64,000 bases of DNA, from assembly GCA_951406725.2 (NCBI GenBank), contig OX597816.1, positions 100,130,001-100,194,000 of the forward strand, read 5' to 3'. Numbering within the stretch: the stretch's first letter is position 1; the number at the start of each line of letters is the position of its first letter. Source of the stretch: Octopus vulgaris. Taxonomy: Eukaryota. The notes below the pieces were generated by a model. That model was not told where the DNA came from. It worked only from the letters and a program-made list of their open reading frames with translations, and did not search any database. Of the stretch, positions 56,400-64,000 are shown piece by piece. The position numbers were made by a program, and so were the translations under genes.

Positions 56400-56572
56400 C
56401 CTTTCTATTATAGGCATAAGGCCTGAAATTTGGGGGAGGGGGATAGTCGATTACATCAACCTCAGTACTCAACTGGTATTTAATTTATCGACCCCAAAAG
56501 GATGAAAAGTAAAGTTGATCTTCACAGAATTTGAACTCAGAACATAGCAACGAGCGAAATACCGCTAAACAT
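56400..56572 (-). mobile_element. tRNA-derived SINE (Deu/Nin-like core), head-truncated
   Basis: Homologous to 30290-30460; flanked by (TA)n at 56339-56385 and 56621-56659. Confidence 0.85.
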
Positions 56573-56618
56573 TGTATATATAATAAAATACATTTTGTAT
56601 ATTATATATCATATGTAC

Positions 56619-56658
<40 letters not shown>

Positions 56659-56663
<5 letters not shown>

Positions 56664-56766
56664 TCAGACTGGAGCCTGGTGCAGCCTCCTGGCTTCCCCA
56701 ACCTCAGTCGAACCGTCCAACCTGTGCTAGCATGGAAAACGGACGTTAAATGATGATGATGATGAT
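56659..56766 (+). mobile_element. Short RTE-type 3' end
   Basis: cagactggagcctggtgcagcc..catggaaaacggacgttaaa(tga)n. Confidence 0.85.
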
Positions 56767-56772
56767 ATGTTA

Positions 56773-58670
56773 TATCATCATCATCATCATTTGACATCTG
56801 TTGTCTATGCTGGCATGGGTTGGACAGTTTAACTGGGCTAGCACACTGGAAAGCTACACCAGACTCCAGTTTGATGTGACTCCTACTCATAGAGTGTAAT
56901 GGGTGCTTTTACATGTCACTGGCATGGGTACCAATTGTATGATACCGGTATCTGCAACAACTGCAATTTTGCTCAGTGTTTATTGCCCCTGAGCATTTGC
57001 CACACACAAAAACTATTTTCCCAATTAGCCTTCCTTTCATATTGCTGCACGTCTTATGTGACCATAGCTTACACTGAGTACATCTTATGGAGTTTCTACC
57101 TACACCTTTTCTACAGATCGAGCAGGGCCATCTACCTGAAGGGGTGTGTGCTGTGTTCACCTTCCTACTTACTAGAACTTTGGTCTTTGCGGCATTGACT
57201 CTAAGGCCTTTCAATTCTAAACCTTGCTTCCGCACCTGAAATTTCTTCTCTAATTCTGGTAGTAGTGATTCTGCTATGAGGGCCAAGTAATCAGCATAGA
57301 GGAGCTCCCAGGGGCAACCTGTCTTGAATTCCTCTGTTATTGCCTGGAGGACTATGATGAATAAGAGGGGGCTGAGAGCTGATCCTTGGTGGATTCCTAC
57401 TTCTACCCGGAATTCTTCACTATACTCATTGCCAACCATAACCTTACTAATGGCATCTCTGTATAGGTCCTGTACAGTCCTTATTAACCAGTCATCAATC
57501 TCCAGTTTCTGTATCACCTACTAGATAGAGGATTGGTAAAACCCTGTCAAAGGCTTTCTCCAAGTCCACTAAAGCCAAGTATAGGGGTTTATCTTTGGGT
57601 AGGTATTTCTCCTGTAGTTGCCGTACCAGAAATATAGCATCAGTGGTGCTTCTACCTGGCACAAAACCGAATTGCATCTCATCTAAGCAAACTCTCTCCC
57701 TAATTGGTTGGGCTATGACCCTCTCTGTGACCTTCATCACCTGATTCAGCAGTTGGATACCCCTGTAGTTCTATCTAAAGCATCACCTTTACCTTTGTAG
57801 CAGTTGACTATGGTGCTGTTACACTGGCCATTGGGTATGACTTCATCATGAATTACCTGGTTTACGAGTGACTAGGCCATGTCCCGCACCACCAGATGTT
57901 TTAAGTATGTCAGCAGTGATTCCTGTTCAGCTGGTGGCTTTTCTTGGCTTCATACTCTTAATTGCTTTATCTACCAGGGTGCTATCTATTCGGATAGCTG
58001 GTCCCTCTACTGGGCCAACATTTGGCAGGCTCTTCTCCTTCAGTAAGCTGTCCCATAGGAATTTCCAGCTGCCTTCTATGTCTGAGGTCTGTAGCTCCTC
58101 CTGCCTCTCATCAAATTTCTTGATGAGTATGTCCCTAAATCTCTGACCATGTGAAGCGTTCTTTAGCTTCCAAATCCTTCTTTTCTGGATTGGTCTGCTT
58201 CTTGGCATCCTTCTGGCCTTGAGTCTTAAGTCACTAATGACTAGTGCATTCTGGCGGGTATATTCTTTGTATTTAAGGTCTTTGTATTTAAGAGCAACCC
58301 TGTGTCTCATGGTCTGGTGAGAATGAAATCAATCTGGCTAGCAGAGTCTCCTGACTGATAGGTTATCAGGTGGCTGTCTGGCTTCCTGAAGTTAGTGTTG
58401 CAGATTAAAAGGTTACATGCATCATAGAACTCTAGTAGCCCATTTCCTTCATCATTTCAGGAACTAATACCATGGCCCCTGTGTACACCAGTAAAGATAC
58501 AGGATTGCCACCCAACATGCCCATTAAAATCTTCAGCTGTAAAGATAAGGTCATTGTCAATCATTTTTGAGGTATCCTGTAGAAGGGTATCATAAAAATG
58601 GTCCTTCTGATCATTTGGTAGGCCCACTTGTGGGGCGTAGGTAGAGATAATTGTAGCTGTGCTGTTCTAC
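56773..58670 (-). mobile_element. Long RTE LINE relic (APE endonuclease, RT with PHD insert, internal deletions, 3' UTR)
   Basis: ISTYAPQVG..DFNGHVG (EN); QFGFVPGRSTTDAIFLVRQLQEK, VDLEKAFDRV, GIHQGSALSPLLF, LYADYL, KTKV (RT); jumps from INTE into the 3' UTR near 56975. Confidence 0.93.
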
Positions 58671-60659
58671 AAAAAAGTGTGCACTATTTATGTATTTATG
58701 CATTGCATTATTTATGTATTGTAATTCCTGAAAATGAAGCTTCTGAAGAAAAATTTTAATGCAAGATGTACAGTATGTTATTCTAAAGTTTTTGAACATA
58801 CCCACCTATTTCTTTATTTCACCTTGTAGCGGTTGATAAAAGCTGTGAACATTCCCTTTCCTCTTTTGAACTAACTAATTGAAAGATACATTAATAGTAA
58901 CAGTCTATTCAAATATTTCAGATATCTTTAATTTAGAAAGTGCTTTGACTGATTGTTTTTTCAAATGAAACCTAGTTTACTATTTACTGATTATTCAAAA
59001 GGTTTTTGTGTGAAATATAATCTATAAAGTCATTAATTTCACCAGTATACAAAGGAACACTTAATGATTAGTTTAATGAGAGAAAAAAATTGAAGAATTT
59101 TTCATTTGAACATTCCTGACCCCATTGAAATATAAATACATCCTCTTCAATTAATGGCATCAAACATATCTTAAGGGATATACTTTTCATATTGTTATAT
59201 AAACAGTTGAAACACTGTCCAATGAAATTGCTAAATCTATCACATATTAAAATATTTTCTCTGTAGACAGATAAAAAAATATTTGAGGTTTATTAGTTAA
59301 GTATATAAATAGATAATACTTTTGCTTGATGCTTGACATATTTATTTACAAACACAAATATTTCAGTGAACTCTATTTATCATATTGTTCAGAACAAACA
59401 TTTACATTTGTTGTCTCATTGATTATGTCTTTTCAAAGAATGCAACATATATATATATGAATCTGATGTTATAAATAATGTATAAGCGACAGTGTATACA
59501 ACTGACCAAATATGTGGCTAAAGAAAAGTGTTGATATTCTATTATAGTATCTAAAGTTTGAGAAGATTGGAAGGTGTCTAGTGAGTTGTTGGGTCTATTT
59601 GTTACTAAATAATTATGTTTCTGTAATAAATGCATATATTATTAGTGTCAACTGTGTATTGCAGTACGACAAAAGAACTTCAGTTGTAAAATTAAATAAC
59701 AAGCAGTAATTGGTGAAAAACTAGACTGATCCTTGGCACATACCTTGTGTATAATTTAAGTGTAAATAAAATGAGAACTCTATTGAGTATCAAAATCAAC
59801 TGTTGGTATGAACATAATCTGTAAGTAGATAATACTGTGAATTTTTTAATCAAATACAAATATTTTCAAACCTACAATATTTTGGTATAAACCAGGAAAC
59901 AGAAAAGGGAGATGTGAAAGAAGCAGGAATGTCTAGAACAACTAACATCAACCAATTTGAATACTAGTTAACTACAACATTCTGGAAATCAATTAGATAA
60001 ATATTTATTGGATTATTTTGGATGAGCTAACAGAAATGTAAGTGTAACTGCATTGACTGTGAAAAGTGAAATAATAAAACAATGAAACTATAGTCAAATT
60101 TTTGGAAAAGTTAACTAGACTTAGTGAACAAAAATAGTGTAGACTAAATTGATTAAAGGAAGCCAGAAGTGATAGAATTATAGTTTAGTTCAATTGTTTT
60201 CTTAAACTTACTATTCTTAAAAATGTCTTTCAGTACCTTGTGTTTATACTTCATTATCTTTTAAATCCTTTGTTATAAATGTTTTAAAACTGCCATCCTG
60301 ACATTATTTTATATGAAAAACATTTCTTTTTTCTTAGTTGAAAAAGAATTATTATGGTTAGAGTGTTAGTGAAAAAATATTGACGTGCAGCTGAGCTTTA
60401 TCTTTGCTTCTTCATAGCCTATATGCTCTGCTTTAGATATTTTTACTAATTTGAGAATAATAATGACCTCAAGTACTTATTTTAGGCAACTCTTTAGAAC
60501 AGAAGTTTAGCTCAAAAAATTTGAGATACATAATTACTCTTACTAAGATGAATTTCTAACATTTGATTAAATGTTCTATGCACTTGACTATAGCTATTAT
60601 TCTTTACAAATTTTGCTGTCCTTTATTTTACATAAATACTTTTTTCTTTTGTTTTGCAG

Positions 60660-60841
60660 GCTTTGGGCTGAAGTATTTCGGGTTCATGGAGATGGGGAGT
60701 ACATGCGATGGGAACGTGTATCAGATGATGTGGTGCCTGTGAACATATCCTGTATTGAAGATACTCCGGACACAATATTTCAAATAACTGCTTACAATCG
60801 ACATGTGGAGAAAATATTTGATGTTAAAATAGTCCAACCAG
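60660..60841 (+). CDS. sif: Internal coding exon of a Still life (SIF type 1)/TIAM-like Rac guanine nucleotide exchange factor, N-terminal EVH1/WH1 domain
   Basis: Polypyrimidine tract and acceptor ttttttcttttgttttgcAG|G (AG at 60658-60659); donor G|GTAAGT after 60841. Translation (R)LWAEVFRVHGDGEYMRWERVSDDVVPVNISCIEDTPDTIFQITAYNRHVEKIFDVKIVQPG closely matches my recollection of Drosophila SIF type 1 (RLWAEVFHVS...WQQVSEDLVPVNITCIQDSPECIFHITAYNSQVDKILDVRLVQPG). Upstream intron is phase 2, downstream intron phase 1. Confidence 0.9.
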
Positions 60842-61562
60842 GTAAGTACCTAAACATCTGGATATAAACAATTTTGTATGTTACTCTTCTTGAGTTCTAG
60901 TTTCTAGGTTTTATTAGAAAGGACGTAAATGTATAAAGTAGGAGAAAATGAGAGACCAATTTCCATTTCCAAATGTTGCACTTATTAAAAAAGGATAAGT
61001 GTACTTGAGATATACATGAAATAAATTTCGAATGAAAACATGTAAATTATGTAAATTTATAAATATGCTATTATTTCTTAATAAATATCATTTTATTACC
61101 TATAATCTTTTCCAAAAATGATTGGTATTCTGTTGGTATATTAATATTACATGAAAAGATATCAGAATGTACATTGAGAGACCAATTCAAATGTATTTGC
61201 AACAAAACAATTAATTTTTTTCATATCATAATTTTCGTATGAAGAATTCTTTATTCCTTATTTATTTGATTGTAGAACTGGTAAAAGAAAAAAGAGTAAC
61301 TAAAAAGGGCTGCACCAAGTTAACTGAAACTATAGGAATAGTTCTTGTAGTTAATTACTGAAATTATAACTTTTTTTCCATGCAATGTAGTTATTGTAGT
61401 GAAATATCAATACATCTTATTTCAGTTGATCTAGATTAAATGTATTTTGTTTTTTATTGTTTACCTTATTTCTCACCCACAGCTTTATTAGTCAGATATT
61501 TCCTTTGTGTGCGTGTGTTTATGTGTATGTGTGTATACATATATGTATGTATATTATTAACA

Positions 61563-62500
61563 TAATCATCATCACTTAGTGTCTGCTCTCTGGATGTTTT
61601 GACAGGATCCAATGGATCAGAGGATCACATCTTGCTCCAGTGTCATAGTTTTGGCATGAGTTTTACAGTTGGGTGATCCTCTAACATCAATAACTTTACA
61701 GGGTATATTTGGGTGCTTTTTACATGGCAAGTTAAGAGATTGGGTGAATGCCTTAAGCAATTGTTGAGAGGTTAAAATATGATAAGGAGAATAGGAACAA
61801 GCTTGCTGTTTATAAGGGAGATTCATTACTACCTTGTAGAGAAGATTCATACCTTCAGTTTCTCCCATATGAATGAGGGAAACTACAGTAGGAACACAAA
61901 AGAAGTAAATACAGTGATGACGAGTTGCTAGAAATTATCATCATGTTGTCATGCCAAGAGATGTGTATAAGATGTATATAGTGGGGGCACAAAAGAATCA
62001 CTGACAGTGGTGAGTCAGGATGTAAGATAGTTGGAGGAGAGTGAAATGGATATAAACCTGTGAAAGAGGTCAGGTATATATAGGAGATGAAGGTTGCAAA
62101 TGGTGAACAAGGATGGTCAGTATGAGTGTATACAATAAGAATTGTATACACTCATACTAATTGAGTTCAGAGAAGAGAGAATGGTGACCAATAATACACA
62201 GATGGAAATATAGCATATAGTAACAGGTTTGTTTTCATTGCTTACATTAGCAGAATGGGATTGGATGTGGTTGTGTTTGGTAAGAATGAAGAATAGATGT
62301 CTATAGAAAATAGCTGAGGTCAGAGGTTACAAGTGGGGGAAACAGAACAATGGATATGAACAAGGAGTATGTGCGGAGAGTATTGGAAATAAAAGTAAGA
62401 AATGGATATCAATAAGAAGTAGCTTGGATAAGTGACCCAATCGTCTGGGTGGAGATGGGTCTATATTATGTGCATTATGAGTTAGCAGCCTGAGTCATGA
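61563..62500 (-). mobile_element. Old RTE 3' UTR (long-UTR subfamily)
   Basis: Decayed (CAT)n, gggtgctttttacatggca motif, then a purine-rich tract; boundaries approximate. Confidence 0.5.
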
Positions 62501-63931
62501 TATGCCAGCAAGGCTGGGCAAGTCTTCCTGAGTACTGTATAAGGCCAATCATCCTTTGTTATCTCTTATGCAAGTCTCAGCAGCCTAAAGTCAACCTTCA
62601 TCCATCCTATATCTTTATGGATCCTTTCCATTACGTATACATGTACATGTATATTTATACAGGTTGGCTGGCAAGTAAGCATGCATATGTACATACCTGT
62701 CTACATACATGCATGCATGCATATGTAAAACCTGCCTACACACATGCATGCATATGTGTTTACATATATATGCACATATGCATGTAATTTCATAACTACA
62801 ATCATATTAGGGCATAACAAATATATTTCATCTCACCTACCTCATTGCAATGTGTGTCAACACTTTCTCTACCAAGTTCTTTATCTGCTCAGATTATATC
62901 TCTGATTCTATTTTATGCACTTGCTTTATACTCTAACCATATGCACCTCTACATAGATGACATTATATCGTTCATCTCCAACTTCTACTTTCAGACATCC
63001 TTTGCATTCAGTTCCAACACTCTAAGCAAATATGACAGTTTTCACAAACTAAGATATTTATTCATCATAAAGTGTGTATGTGTGTGTGTGTTGGGGACTG
63101 GGAAAAGTATCATGACAATCTAGTGTCAGTTATCAGCACTAAAACATAGATACATATCTCAAGGAAATGTGTAAATATGTCTACTATACCTTAGGCAAAA
63201 TGTACTACTAATGCCTTTACACTTCCTTCAAATGTTAGTCTTAGAATCTTTGTTGACCTCTCATAATGGCAATACATAAGAATGCCACTTAATCAAGGTC
63301 ACAAAACTTCCCTTTCAACATCAGAAAATACAACCACTTATGTAAGTTGATTTTATACAAAGCACACAGAGCAGGCATATCATGCATATTCGCATTCTGA
63401 TCTACATTTTTTCTAAGCAAATATCCAGTGGTCTTAAGTCATGTGCAAACTATAGAGCCTATTTTTCCTTTTCTAAGATGATTTTTTTTACTTCTTCCAA
63501 CTAGTATTTTGTCTCATGGACATTTACTTCACCTCAAAACAGGGCAAGGTTTCCTAGAAATAAATCAGATATTTTCTTATATAAATTCTAAATTTATAAA
63601 TTTACTTAGGCTTTATAATCTCAATGAAATTTCACTATATAAAATATCAAATGTTGGTTTTGAAGCAAATGTAGCTGTGTATTATCTTATTAATTATAAT
63701 GTAGCCTGTTAGTAATTTTCAGGTGAAAAGTGCTGATGGATCTTTTAATAACAACACTAACCAGCAAATTTTATTTGGTATCTTCTTATGCTGGAAAAGT
63801 CAAGAGTTGTATATTGCTGACCTAGGTCCTCTTGATGATATTTCTTACCTTTTAACTATATCTTAGTCCAAGCCACTTTTGATTGTCAGTCTATTGAATT
63901 TTAAGTACATTATAATGGAAGTACCTTTTTG

Positions 63932-64000
63932 ATGCATGGCTTAGAGCAATTAGGGTGTTGCACTCATGATTGTGAGATTGTGGTTTCAATTCCCAGACCA
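63932..64000 (+). mobile_element. tRNA-derived SINE head running off the window
   Basis: tggcttagagcaattagggtgttgcactcatgattgtgagattgtggtttcaattccc: A-box and B-box-like motifs at tRNA spacing. Confidence 0.55.

Noticed and set aside
60571-60659. ATG-initiated N-terminal extension of the 98-aa ORF
   Set aside because: It is intronic polypyrimidine tract; homology starts at the AG acceptor and ends at the GT donor.
63715-63745. Candidate next sif exon after ttttcAG
   Set aside because: In the required phase it reads (G)-E-K-C-stop, with no similarity to the expected continuation of the EVH1 domain.

Overview
This is AT-rich eukaryotic genomic DNA, not prokaryotic. The repeat repertoire ((CAT)n-tailed RTE LINEs, tRNA-derived SINEs, very long (TA)n arrays) points to a coleoid cephalopod, probably Octopus; this is my inference from recognition. 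Only one host coding feature is supportable: a 182-bp internal exon (60660-60841, +) encoding part of the N-terminal EVH1/WH1 domain of a Still life (SIF type 1)/TIAM-family Rac GEF. The rest looks like one or two very large introns filled with transposon relics: RTE, CR1, R4/Dong-like and Penelope-like (Naiad- and Neptune-type) retroelements, piggyBac, mariner, Tc1 ends, non-autonomous Helitrons, a MITE, SINEs and microsatellites. The most interesting signals are four. (i) Several minimal type-I hammerhead ribozyme motifs, one with perfect stems and a natural compensatory G3:C8 core swap (5507-5556, -). (ii) A tRNA-headed, hammerhead-carrying SINE-like element in an inverted arrangement (48291-48893). 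(iii) An RTE family with a canonical PHD finger inserted inside its reverse transcriptase. (iv) A nearly intact CR1 ORF2 sitting between two giant (TA)n arrays. All family assignments come from motif recognition by eye; no searches were run.
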